A DNA stretch of 64,000 nt from an uncultured delta proteobacterium (GCA_963715335.1 CAVQRZ010000019.1:96001-160000); one strand, 5' to 3'; positions 11,136 to 19,622 are shown, counted from the first letter of the stretch. The notes: generated by a model from the letters alone, not told the origin. Numbers and translations: made by a program.

Positions 11136-12134
11136 TCATTTTTTTCGCTTGCTGGCAATTGCCAGGATTCGGTCAATCAGTTGTGGATAGCTTAGGTCGG
11201 CCTCGCGGGCGCTGCGGGCCAGCCCTGCCTCGGGGCTGATGTCCGGGTTGGCGTTGACTTCCAGAATGTAGGGGATGCCGTCGCGCAAGCGAAAATCGAC
11301 CCGCGCGTAGTCGCGGCATTCGAGGAGTTTGTAGGCCCGTAGTGCGACGTCGCGCAACAGCATCTCAGTTCGCATTTTGAGCGATGCCGGACAGACCGGC
11401 TCGGTCAGCTTGTACTGCTGGGACTGCTCGAGCCATTTCCCCTCGTAGCTGACAATCGGCTGGGCCAGGTCAGGGTGAAATTTGATTTCAGAGAGCGGCA
11501 GCACGTCATGAGGCCCGTTGCCGATAATGGCCGCATTGATTTCGCGGCCCTCGATAAACTCTTCGACCAGGGCTCCCTGACGGTAGGTCCGATGTACATA
11601 GTCGATGCGGTCGAGCAGCTTTTTCTCATTGCTGACCACGCTTTCGTTGGAGATCCCCTGCGAGGCATCTTCCCAGCGGGGTTTGACGATCAGGGGATAG
11701 ACCATTTCCTTGACTCGCGAATAATGCTCGCCGAGCTTGACCAGGCAGTATTTGGGGGTCGGCAGTTGATGCTTCGAGAGCAGGTCCTTGGTGCGGGCCT
11801 TATCCTGGGTCAACCCGAGGGAAAGCGGAGGGGCTCCTGTGTAGGTGATGCCGAGCAGATCGAAGAGTGCAGCGACGTGCATCTCCTTGCGGCTGTCGCC
11901 CCAGAAAGCTTCACAGAGATTGAATGCGATGTCGGGGTGCAGGCGACGCAGCTCGGCGGCGAAAGCGGCAACATCTTCGCCCAGGGCGATCAGCTCAGGC
12001 TTGTGGCCAAGCTTGGTCAAGGCGGCAGCAACCGAGCGTGCTTCGTGCTCAGCGCCCTGTTCGGCGATGCGGTCAATCGCTTCACCTCGGCCGGTTCCGG
12101 GAGGAACGAGGTTATAACATACGGCGACGTTCAC
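11136..12134 (-). CDS. Ddl-like ATP-grasp amino-acid ligase (second copy)
   Basis: FNLCE, ITYTGA, KPRWEDASQG, EEFIEGRE, RVDFR, EVNANPD; GTG start at 12134 after GAGGAG. Confidence 0.87.
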   Translation of the reverse strand: MNVAVCYNLVPPGTGRGEAIDRIAEQGAEHEARSVAAALTKLGHKPELIALGEDVAAFAAELRRLHPDIAFNLCEAFWGDSRKEMHVAALFDLLGITYTGAPPLSLGLTQDKARTKDLLSKHQLPTPKYCLVKLGEHYSRVKEMVYPLIVKPRWEDASQGISNESVVSNEKKLLDRIDYVHRTYRQGALVEEFIEGREINAAIIGNGPHDVLPLSEIKFHPDLAQPIVSYEGKWLEQSQQYKLTEPVCPASLKMRTEMLLRDVALRAYKLLECRDYARVDFRLRDGIPYILEVNANPDISPEAGLARSAREADLSYPQLIDRILAIASKRKK

Positions 12135-13191
12135 GGTTCTCCTCGACTGGCAATTCAAGCCGCGAACAGGCGGCGTCGACGACAGCCAGAATCGTCTCCT
12201 CGTATGAGAGGCCGGCAGCCCGGCCCGCTTTGGGGAAACAACTGTTCTGTTCCGGGCGGGGCAGGATGCCAGGGAGAGGGTTGAGCTCGATGATGTGCGG
12301 CTGGCCCTGGCCATCGAGACGAACGTCGATGCGGCACCAGTCACGGCAACCCAGAGCATGAAAAGCTGATTTGCAGAGGTTTTCGATCTTGATGCGCAGC
12401 AAAGGGTCGAGCTCAGCCGGACAGGTGAATATCTGCAGCGGGTCTTCTTCACGGTCCCACAGCCACTTGGCTTCATAGGAATAGATCGGCTGCACACCTG
12501 CCGGCAGGGTGTCGAAATTGATTTCGACAATCGGCAGGACAACCAGGTCGCTGCCGTTGCCGATCAAGGCAACGGTGAACTCGCGGCCGGGGAGGAACTC
12601 TTCGACCAGGGCCGGTTGCCGGTAGGTGTCAAGCACCCATTCCAGCTGGCGGACAAGCTCCTGCCGGTTGCGGACCAGGGCTTTGTCGGTCACCCCTTTG
12701 CTTGATCCTTCAAGGGTCGGTTTGACCATCAGCGGGTAGTCGAGGGCGGTTGGAATCTCTGCCAATGAATTGATGACAGTGAACTCCGGCGTAGCGATGC
12801 CGTTGTGGGCGAGGATTTCCTTGGTGCGGCGTTTGTCAAGGCAGAGGCCGAGAGTCAGTGGGTCGCTGCCTGTGTAGGGGATGCCGAGCATGTCGAGTAT
12901 GGCAGGTATCTGCGATTCGCGACTGGCGCCATGCAGACCTTCGGCGATGTTGAAAACCAGATCTGGGCGGATTCGCCGGTAGATCTCAAAAGCATCGAGA
13001 TTGGCCTCGACCAATGTGACCTGATGGCGCAACGCCAGGGCCGCTTCCATTGCCTTGATGGTATGGATGTCGTCCCATTCGGCGTAAAGATCGTCGGATG
13101 TAGAACCGGGAGGTTCCGAGGGAGGTTCGGCCGGTTCTTCCTTAAGTCCGGCCGCATCTCCCTTCAGATTGAAGGAAAGCGCGATATGCAT
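12112..13191 (-). CDS. Ddl-like ATP-grasp amino-acid ligase (first copy)
   Basis: FNIAEG, IPYTGSD, KPTLEGSSKG, EEFLPGREF, RIDVR, ELNPLPG. Confidence 0.88.
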   Translation of the reverse strand: MHIALSFNLKGDAAGLKEEPAEPPSEPPGSTSDDLYAEWDDIHTIKAMEAALALRHQVTLVEANLDAFEIYRRIRPDLVFNIAEGLHGASRESQIPAILDMLGIPYTGSDPLTLGLCLDKRRTKEILAHNGIATPEFTVINSLAEIPTALDYPLMVKPTLEGSSKGVTDKALVRNRQELVRQLEWVLDTYRQPALVEEFLPGREFTVALIGNGSDLVVLPIVEINFDTLPAGVQPIYSYEAKWLWDREEDPLQIFTCPAELDPLLRIKIENLCKSAFHALGCRDWCRIDVRLDGQGQPHIIELNPLPGILPRPEQNSCFPKAGRAAGLSYEETILAVVDAACSRLELPVEENRERRRML

Positions 13192-13199
13192 GTGTTAAC

Positions 13200-13358
13200 C
13201 CCTAACAAAAACAGCCAGCTGCGAAATAGTAGCCTTCCACGAGGAAGGGTTGATGGCGTCTTCAGGGCCGGTTAGCCTTGCGGCTTGCGGCTGGTTCAAG
13301 GGGTCAACTTTTTCAGCGGGCACGTCTCTGGGTTCCGGCCCCTGAACGCCAGTCAATT
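13200..13358 (-). promoter_or_regulatory. Structured 5' leader of the ATP-grasp/kamA operon (riboswitch-like, family unassigned)
   Basis: About 20-bp stem pairing 13335-13356 with 13250-13271, an internal GC hairpin, a further CCTTCC/GGAAGG hairpin (13233-13248) and a U-rich tract before the RBS. Confidence 0.5.
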
Positions 13359-13364
13359 ACCTGT

Positions 13365-13393
13365 CATATACGCCTGCGGTTTTTGCTTGTCAA
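13365..13393 (-). promoter_or_regulatory. Sigma70-type promoter
   Basis: TTGACA (13393-13388), 17-nt spacer, TATATG (13370-13365). Confidence 0.65.
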
Positions 13394-13459
13394 CATAAAA
13401 ATGTGTGTAAAGTAATAAGCTTTGATTTCAGCAGCTTACAGGGCCACTGCAGGAGCCCT

Positions 13460-15205
13460 TCAGGGGGTGAATGCACCCGACCACAGCCCGGTAAAAAAGC
13501 TTTTGGCGTTAGTGCCGATATTGCGGGTGCGATAGCCCCCTTCCTGGACCAGCAAAGTCGGTAGTTTCATTTGGCCAATGGCCTGTCCGACCTGGTTGAA
13601 GTCTGCTCCGGTAAGTTCCCACGTGCCGGTCGGGTCACCCTTGGCGGTGTCGAACCCGATGCATACGACCAGGTGGTCTGGCTGGAAGCGAGTGATGCGT
13701 TTGATGGCCTTGCCTAGTGCGGCAAGGTATTGCTCAGTGGTAAGCTGCTCGGGTAACGGCAGATTCATGTTGAAGCCGGCACCGTCAGCTTCGCCGAGCT
13801 CATCCTCGAAGCCGCTGAAATACGGATAGGCAAAGCGTGGATGGCCATGGATCGAAACAGTCAGAATATCGCTGCGCTGGTAGAAGATGACCTGCTGACC
13901 ATTGCCGTGGTGATAATCGATATCGAGGATCGCGACGCGGCCGAAATCCGAGAGCATCTGGGCCGCGATGGCTGCATTGTTAAAATAGCAGAACCCGCCA
14001 AAGGCGCGGCGCTCGGCATGGTGTCCCGGTGGGCGGACCAGAGCGTAAGCCAGGCGGTATCCCTCGAGGATTGTGGTGGCGGCGGTCAGGGCGCAATCGA
14101 CTGCGCCCTTGGCAGCTTTCCAGGCGTTGATGTTCAGCGGTGTAAATGTGTCTATGCAGAAGTATCCGGCGCGCACGGCCAGTTCCTTGGGCGGCCGGGC
14201 GCTGTTGCGGATCGGGAAGACATAGGGGTAGAGAGAGCGTCCGGCAGGCAGGTTGCGGCAGACCTTGCGGAAGTATTCGACATAGTCGCGGTCGTGGGTG
14301 CTGAGAAGAAAGCGCTCCGAATAAGTCCGGGGAGGATGGCGCTGAAAAAGTTCGGTCTTGTCAAGCTCCTTGAGGATGCTGCGTACCCGGACCGGAGATT
14401 CGACGTAGCCACGCTCCCGGACATGGTGGATTTCATGGCTCTCATTGACAATCAGCGCGATGCGCTGCGAGCGGGTAACGCGGGGACGGGTTTCGCTGGA
14501 AACTTTCTTGTGGTAGCGCGGTGCCCGTAGCTGGACCGGGTCGTCTGTAAAGGAATCGACCACTTTGGCAATGTATTCCGGCGAGCAGAGATCGCCATAA
14601 CGGAGCTCGAGGATGGCCCGCACGATCGGTTGCGCCTGAGCACACGTCAGGGCCTCAGTTTGGCCGAGAGCATCGAACACCAGGTAGGGAGGGTTGTCGT
14701 CGTGGGGCTTCAGCGGCGTCTCGTAGGCAGTGCCGATGATCGGAAAGGCACCGTACTTTTCGTAGAACCTGAGTCGCGCCTGGTTTTGCTTGAGTGTCTC
14801 GGGATCTTTGCAGAGAGCCGGATCGTCGGGCAGGCACTCGAAAAAAATGCCGAGGACGCCCATAGTCAAGGATTCTTCACGGATGTGCGCGTAGAGGGCT
14901 CCGCCAATGCCGCCGCCGGTGGTGCGCCTGGCGGCTGAAATGTAGTCCAGGTAGCAGAAACGCAGGTCCGGTGCATGCGAGATCAGGGCAAACCCCTGGA
15001 CGCGCTGGTGGGCATCCTCTGCGACGTAAAGAATCGAGCGGAAGCCCTGCTTGACCGGGTTGCGCAGAAGTTCGGGGATCTTCTCGACGTCGCTCTTGGC
15101 GAGCTGTGGGAACTGGTCCTCGAGAATTTGTTCAACCTGGGTGATGGCGGCCTGGTTGACCGGGAGCAGGTTGTCATGAATGCGGCGGATACGAAACATG
15201 GTCAT
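13460..15205 (-). CDS. Fusion of an N-terminal GNAT domain and a Zn-dependent histone-deacetylase-family (acetylpolyamine amidohydrolase-like) domain
   Basis: N-terminal YLDYISAARRTTGGGIGGALY and RLRFYEKYG; C-terminal RPPGHHA, GGFCYFNN, DIDYHHGNG, GFDTAKGDP, QEGGY. Confidence 0.88.
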   Translation of the reverse strand: MTMFRIRRIHDNLLPVNQAAITQVEQILEDQFPQLAKSDVEKIPELLRNPVKQGFRSILYVAEDAHQRVQGFALISHAPDLRFCYLDYISAARRTTGGGIGGALYAHIREESLTMGVLGIFFECLPDDPALCKDPETLKQNQARLRFYEKYGAFPIIGTAYETPLKPHDDNPPYLVFDALGQTEALTCAQAQPIVRAILELRYGDLCSPEYIAKVVDSFTDDPVQLRAPRYHKKVSSETRPRVTRSQRIALIVNESHEIHHVRERGYVESPVRVRSILKELDKTELFQRHPPRTYSERFLLSTHDRDYVEYFRKVCRNLPAGRSLYPYVFPIRNSARPPKELAVRAGYFCIDTFTPLNINAWKAAKGAVDCALTAATTILEGYRLAYALVRPPGHHAERRAFGGFCYFNNAAIAAQMLSDFGRVAILDIDYHHGNGQQVIFYQRSDILTVSIHGHPRFAYPYFSGFEDELGEADGAGFNMNLPLPEQLTTEQYLAALGKAIKRITRFQPDHLVVCIGFDTAKGDPTGTWELTGADFNQVGQAIGQMKLPTLLVQEGGYRTRNIGTNAKSFFTGLWSGAFTP

Positions 15206-15376
15206 GCCTCGCAGGCACTAGCGTAGCGGCCACACCTTGTGGTGCACGTATGCCCGTGAGATGCACTTATACGCTGATTTTCCCAACTGTCAATAAGAAG
15301 TTCAGAAAGGGCGTTTTTCAGCGTGTCCTGGTTTTAGAGGGTTCAGAGCTTCGATCTCTGGCCTGGTTGACGGGCA

Positions 15377-15408
15377 CAAAAAATGCGGAGCCAGAAGAGC
15401 TCCGCATT
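15377..15408 (-). terminator. Intrinsic terminator after the 75-aa ORF
   Basis: AATGCGGAGC/GCTCCGCATT stem followed by a U tract on the minus strand. Confidence 0.65.
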
Positions 15409-15435
15409 CGAAAAGATTATCTATTTGACGCAGAA

Positions 15436-15663
15436 TTAGTGCGGCAGGTGATGCATGGTCCGGCGAATCCAGGCGAGGCGATGCTTCTTCGGCACAGCGA
15501 AATCAAGCTCTATCGGTTTTTTGACAACGGGCTTGCTCTCCACTCGTAATTCCTCGGGAATCCAGTCCGATGCCTGGCGCGCCATGTCATCATAGGCGCT
15601 TTCGCGGACCCATTGGTGAACGTGTTTTGCGGTCCTGCTGAGTACTGCTGTTAGGGCAAACAT
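15436..15663 (-). CDS. Small hypothetical protein (75 aa)
   Basis: AAGGA RBS, AT-rich upstream region and its own terminator; no recognisable motif. Confidence 0.55.
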   Translation of the reverse strand: MFALTAVLSRTAKHVHQWVRESAYDDMARQASDWIPEELRVESKPVVKKPIELDFAVPKKHRLAWIRRTMHHLPH

Positions 15664-16009
15664 GATCTTTCCTTTTCTTTTATTGGGTGAATTTAGGTAA
15701 ATGGTAAGACCAATAAGATTGTTCCGTCAATAGGGAAAATTTCTTAAAATACTGTTTTTAAAAGGGAAAACCTTTCAAGATGGCGATTTATATAAAGAAA
15801 TTCGAACGTGATTTATGTGAATAAAATGTAAAAAAATACCTTTTCTGGATTTTGAGACGCTGTCTTCGTCACTTTGAGGGCAAACCTGAAAAGTCTCATA
15901 TGCGACCAGGGCCACTAAATCAAAGGGGAATGGATATGATCCATTCCCCTTTGCGTGACTCCACAGAAAATATTAAATGATTGAGCCGGTCCGTTCCCTG
16001 CTAGTTGTT

Positions 16010-16192
16010 CTAAGATTGTTCCGGAAGTACTCTGGCAGCAACCTGTGCTGCCACAATGATCACGATATAGCCGAGTAACGGCATCAGGAGATAGTCCCCC
16101 GCATTGTGCGTCATGCGCGGAAGGGTAAAGCCTGAGAGCCAACTGCTGCAGAAAAATGCCACACTACCAATAAGGGCCGAGAGCTTGAACAT
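16010..16192 (-). CDS. Small two-TM membrane protein (60 aa)
   Basis: AAGGAG RBS, two hydrophobic segments and an upstream sigma54 site. Confidence 0.6.
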   Translation of the reverse strand: MFKLSALIGSVAFFCSSWLSGFTLPRMTHNAGDYLLMPLLGYIVIIVAAQVAARVLPEQS

Positions 16193-16251
16193 ATTGATCT
16201 CCTTTCTCGACGGATTCGGGAACGGACAGCGAAAGCGATATCACCTGTTAA

Positions 16252-16267
16252 TGCATCAGGCGTGCCA
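16252..16267 (-). promoter_or_regulatory. Sigma54 (-24/-12) promoter
   Basis: TGGCACG-CCTG-ATGCA, near the consensus TGGCACG-N4-TTGCW. Confidence 0.65.
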
Positions 16268-16413
16268 TTTTTTTACATATAAGGTGTGCGCGTGGATGTG
16301 TCTGAAATAATTTGACTTATCAGGCTGTTTTAATGGTCGAGACGATGTTATGTAGGGTAATACGTGGAAAAGAGCAGCTTTTTGTCCGCAGTTTGGTGAA
16401 AACACCGAGTTGT

Positions 16414-17427
16414 TCAGCAGATTCTGGGGAGTTGTTCACCGGCAAGCATTTCAATGGCTCGCAGTCCGCCGATCGCCGTCTGCAGGCGTACTTTGCCCCT
16501 GTTGGCCGATGTCACTTCGCCAATGATTGCGGCGCCTTTCCCGTATTCATGGCGGCGCATAATCTGCAAGGCGTGTTCAGCGGCCTCAGGTGCAACGAAA
16601 GCAAGCAACTTGCCTTCGTTGGCCACGAACAGCGGGTCAAGACCGAGTATGGCGCAGGCTCCAGCCACTGCCGGACTAACAGGCAGGGAGTCCTCCCGCA
16701 GCGTGATCTCCACTTCTGATTGGATGGCGATTTCCTTCAGCGTCGTGGCAACGCCGCCACGGGTCGGGTCGCGCAGGGTGTGCAGTCGGCTACCCACTGC
16801 GAGCACCAGGTCTGCGACCAGGCTGTTGAGCGGTGCGCTGTCCGAGGTGATGTCGCTCGCCAGCTCCAGACCTTCACGGCTGGCCATGACCGCCATGCCG
16901 TGATCGCCGATCGTGCCATTGATCAGGATCTTGTCGCCGATCTGTGCGCTGCGACCGGAAATTTCCAGGTCATGTCCCATAACTCCGATACCAGACGTGT
17001 TGATAAAGATTTTGTCTGCCTTGCCACGCGGTACGACTTTGGTATCGCCAGTCATGATTCTGACTCCGGCATCTTGTGCCGCGGTACGCATATCCTCGAG
17101 GATAGTCCGCAGGGTGCACACCGCAAACCCCTCTTCAAGGATCAACCCGACACTTATGGCGACCGGTGTCGCGCCGGCCATGGCCAGATCGTTAACCGTG
17201 CCATGAATGGCAAGGCCGCCAATGCTGCCGCCAGGGAAAAAGATTGGATCGACCACATAAGAGTCGGTCGTAAAGGCAAGTCGCCCCCGCTGCTCAACCA
17301 GTACGGCGGCATCGTTCTGGTCGCGCTGACCGATTCCGGAGAGAATCGGCACGATCAGATCATCGAGAAGCTCATGGCTGAGCTTGCCGCCACTGCCGTG
17401 GCCGAGCAGAATGATATCGGATTTCAT
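16414..17427 (-). CDS. hypE: Hydrogenase maturation protein HypE
   Basis: HGSGG, FTTDSYVV, GTVNDLA, RDPTRGG, ANEGK, C-terminal PRIC. Confidence 0.97.
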   Translation of the reverse strand: MKSDIILLGHGSGGKLSHELLDDLIVPILSGIGQRDQNDAAVLVEQRGRLAFTTDSYVVDPIFFPGGSIGGLAIHGTVNDLAMAGATPVAISVGLILEEGFAVCTLRTILEDMRTAAQDAGVRIMTGDTKVVPRGKADKIFINTSGIGVMGHDLEISGRSAQIGDKILINGTIGDHGMAVMASREGLELASDITSDSAPLNSLVADLVLAVGSRLHTLRDPTRGGVATTLKEIAIQSEVEITLREDSLPVSPAVAGACAILGLDPLFVANEGKLLAFVAPEAAEHALQIMRRHEYGKGAAIIGEVTSANRGKVRLQTAIGGLRAIEMLAGEQLPRIC

Positions 17428-18599
17428 GGTAACTCCGGGGGCTGAGGGTCGGGGACTGGGGGCTGGAGGCTGGAGGCTGGCAATGAGCTTTCACCAGTCC
17501 CCGGCCCCCAGTCCCCGTATTTGTACTCAGCTGCACAGGTTCCTTCACTCGAAACCATGCAGGCGCCAACCGGGGCCTCCGGAGTACAGGTCGTGCGAAA
17601 CAGCGGACAGTCGACCGGTCGGAGTTTCCCCTTGAGAATTTCGCCGCACATACATCCGATCGGTTCAACAGCAGGTTCGACTTCAACCGGCAGAGCACGG
17701 TCCGCATCAAAACGAGCATATGCTGCGCGCAGCCGCAGGCCGCTGTCAGGGATGTCGCCAATTCCTCGCCAGCGTGCGTCACATGGTTCGAACACCCGGT
17801 AAAGGAGTTCCCGGGCTTTCTGATTGCCATCAGGTTTAACCACGCGACGATACTGGGTTTCGACTCGGGCCTCCCCGGCGACGACCTGCCTGGTCAGCAT
17901 CAGAATGCCCTGCAGGACGTCCAGTGGCTCGAACCCGGTAATCACGCAGGGAACCCGGAATGCATCGACCAGGGGCTGGTAGGCGTTGGCGCCGATTATT
18001 GCGGAGACATGTGCCGGGCAAAGATAGCCGTCAACCTGGAGATCCGGGTCACCGGCAAGAATCGCCATCGGTGCAGGCATGGTCTTGTGTGAGCAGAGGG
18101 TATAAAAATTTTTCAGATTTTTCTTTTCTGCGGTCAGTATCGCCCCGGCGATTGTCGGCGTCGTGGTTTCGAAGCCGACGCCGAGGAAGACCACGTCGCT
18201 GGCAGGATTGTTCTCGGCGAGGATCACGGCGTCAAGGGGTGAATAGACGATTCTGATCGTTGCTCCCCGGGCCTGTTCGTGGAGCAGGCTGGTAGATGAG
18301 CCGGGAACGCGAACCATGTCACCAAATGTGGCTATGATCGTATTGGCACGCCTGGCAAGGGCGACGGCCTGGTCGACGTAGCCGACCGAAGTAACGCAGA
18401 CCGGACAGCCGGGGCCCGAGACCAGCTTGATCTGCTCCGGCAACAGGGAGCGGATCCCGTGCTGGTAGATTGCCATGGTATGGGTGCCACAGACTTCCAT
18501 GAAAGTCATGGCGCGGTCGAACCCGGCGACGGTCTCAGTAATCGCCCGCAATTGCAAGCGGGCCAGTTCCGGGTCGCGGTACTCGTTATGATGCTTCAT
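17424..18599 (-). CDS. hypD: Hydrogenase maturation protein HypD (C-terminus extended by repeats)
   Basis: MEVCGTHT, GPGCPVC, GFETT, CMVSSEGTC. Confidence 0.97.
   Translation of the reverse strand: MKHHNEYRDPELARLQLRAITETVAGFDRAMTFMEVCGTHTMAIYQHGIRSLLPEQIKLVSGPGCPVCVTSVGYVDQAVALARRANTIIATFGDMVRVPGSSTSLLHEQARGATIRIVYSPLDAVILAENNPASDVVFLGVGFETTTPTIAGAILTAEKKNLKNFYTLCSHKTMPAPMAILAGDPDLQVDGYLCPAHVSAIIGANAYQPLVDAFRVPCVITGFEPLDVLQGILMLTRQVVAGEARVETQYRRVVKPDGNQKARELLYRVFEPCDARWRGIGDIPDSGLRLRAAYARFDADRALPVEVEPAVEPIGCMCGEILKGKLRPVDCPLFRTTCTPEAPVGACMVSSEGTCAAEYKYGDWGPGTGESSLPASSLQPPVPDPQPPELP
17437..17516. repeat. Inverted heptamer tandem repeats (GGGGACT/GGAGGCT ... CCAGTCC) inside the hypD 3' end
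   Basis: ggggactgggggctggaggctggaggctgg ... ccagtccccggcccccagtcccc. Confidence 0.75.
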
Positions 18600-18826
18600 T
18601 CCGGAAACAGACCCATATCAAGTGCTTCACGCAGGGCCTGCAATGTCAGCCGGGCTTGCTCTTCATCAATTTTCTCAATGGCAAAGCCGGCGTGGATCAG
18701 GACATAGTCGCCAACTTCGACATCATCAATCATCATCAGGCTGGCTTCGCGCTGCACGCCATCAATTTCACAGACCGCCATCTCGTTTGCTATGGTCTTG
18801 ACCTGCATCGGGACACCTAAGCACAT
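18596..18826 (-). CDS. hypC: Hydrogenase chaperone HypC
   Basis: MCLGVP start, VGDYVLIHAGFAI. Confidence 0.97.
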   Translation of the reverse strand: MCLGVPMQVKTIANEMAVCEIDGVQREASLMMIDDVEVGDYVLIHAGFAIEKIDEEQARLTLQALREALDMGLFPE

Positions 18827-18849
18827 TGGTTTGCTCCTTCGCTACAGCT

Positions 18850-18915
18850 CGTGAAACGCGAAGTGCGCGACGCGAGATGCGAAAAAAAAGGCTACCCGCC
18901 TTGCGTCTCGCGCTT
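18850..18915. repeat. Heptamer repeats (CGCGAAG/CGCGAGA) with an inverted arm overlapping the hypB stop
   Basis: cgtgaaacgcgaagtgcgcgacgcgagatgcg ... tgcgtctcgcgctt. Confidence 0.6.
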
Positions 18916-19620
18916 CCGGGTGGTCTCTTGCACCAACCAGTCATACCATTGCTGCATGCCTGCGCCGCTATGGCAGGACAACTCCATGATCTCGATCCGC
19001 GGGTTGACCTGTCGAGCGGAGGTCTTGCACTGTTCAAGGTCGAATTTCAAGTAAGGGAGCAAGTCGATCTTGTTGATCAGCATAAGGTCTGCGGCCTGGA
19101 ACATCTGTGAATACTTGAGAGGTTTGTCCTCCCCTTCGGTTACGGAAAGGACCACTACCTTATGGTCTTCACCAAGATCGAACGATGCCGGGCAGACCAA
19201 ATTGCCAACATTCTCAATCATCAGGATGTCGGTTGCCGCCAGGTCAAAATCGTCGACACCGTGACCGATCATGTGCGCGTCGAGGTGACAGCCCGTGCCG
19301 GTGTTGATCTGCTTCACCGGTACCCCCGTTGCAGCAATGCGATCGGCATCGTTGGCGGTCTGCTGGTCGCCCTCGAGAACCGCAAAGTTGAGTTGTCCCT
19401 TGAGATCGGTGAGCGTCCGTTCCAGGATCGAAGTTTTGCCTGAGCCCGGCGAGCTTACAAGGTTCAGTACCAGCAGCCGGTTTGTTAAGAAGAGCTGCCG
19501 GTTGCCGGCCGCCAACCGGTTGTTCTTTGCCAGCAGATCTTCCTCGACACGGACCGTGCGAGGCTCGTGCTTATGTTGATGGGTATGGTCCGTCGAGCTG
19601 CAGCCACAGTCGGTGCACAT
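18892..19620 (-). CDS. hypB: Nickel-insertion GTPase HypB
   Basis: MCTDCGC, His-rich stretch, SSPGSGKT, CHLDA, ENVGNLVCP, NKID. Confidence 0.97.
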   Translation of the reverse strand: MCTDCGCSSTDHTHQHKHEPRTVRVEEDLLAKNNRLAAGNRQLFLTNRLLVLNLVSSPGSGKTSILERTLTDLKGQLNFAVLEGDQQTANDADRIAATGVPVKQINTGTGCHLDAHMIGHGVDDFDLAATDILMIENVGNLVCPASFDLGEDHKVVVLSVTEGEDKPLKYSQMFQAADLMLINKIDLLPYLKFDLEQCKTSARQVNPRIEIMELSCHSGAGMQQWYDWLVQETTRKRETQGG

Positions 19621-19622
19621 GA

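Noticed and set aside
12135..12542. N-terminal 136 aa of the 468-aa ATP-grasp ORF
   Set aside because: Overlaps the upstream ligase; the true start is the GTG at 12134 with a GAGGAG RBS
13250..13356. Calling the leader SRP RNA, 6S RNA, or a lysine or c-di-AMP riboswitch
   Set aside because: Lacks the SRP CAGG..GGAA..AGCAG motif, the 6S size and context, the lysine aptamer layout and the complete c-di-AMP core
15876..15910. GGGCAAACC..GAAA, resembling a GEMM riboswitch start
   Set aside because: No following GACGCAAAG or second stem
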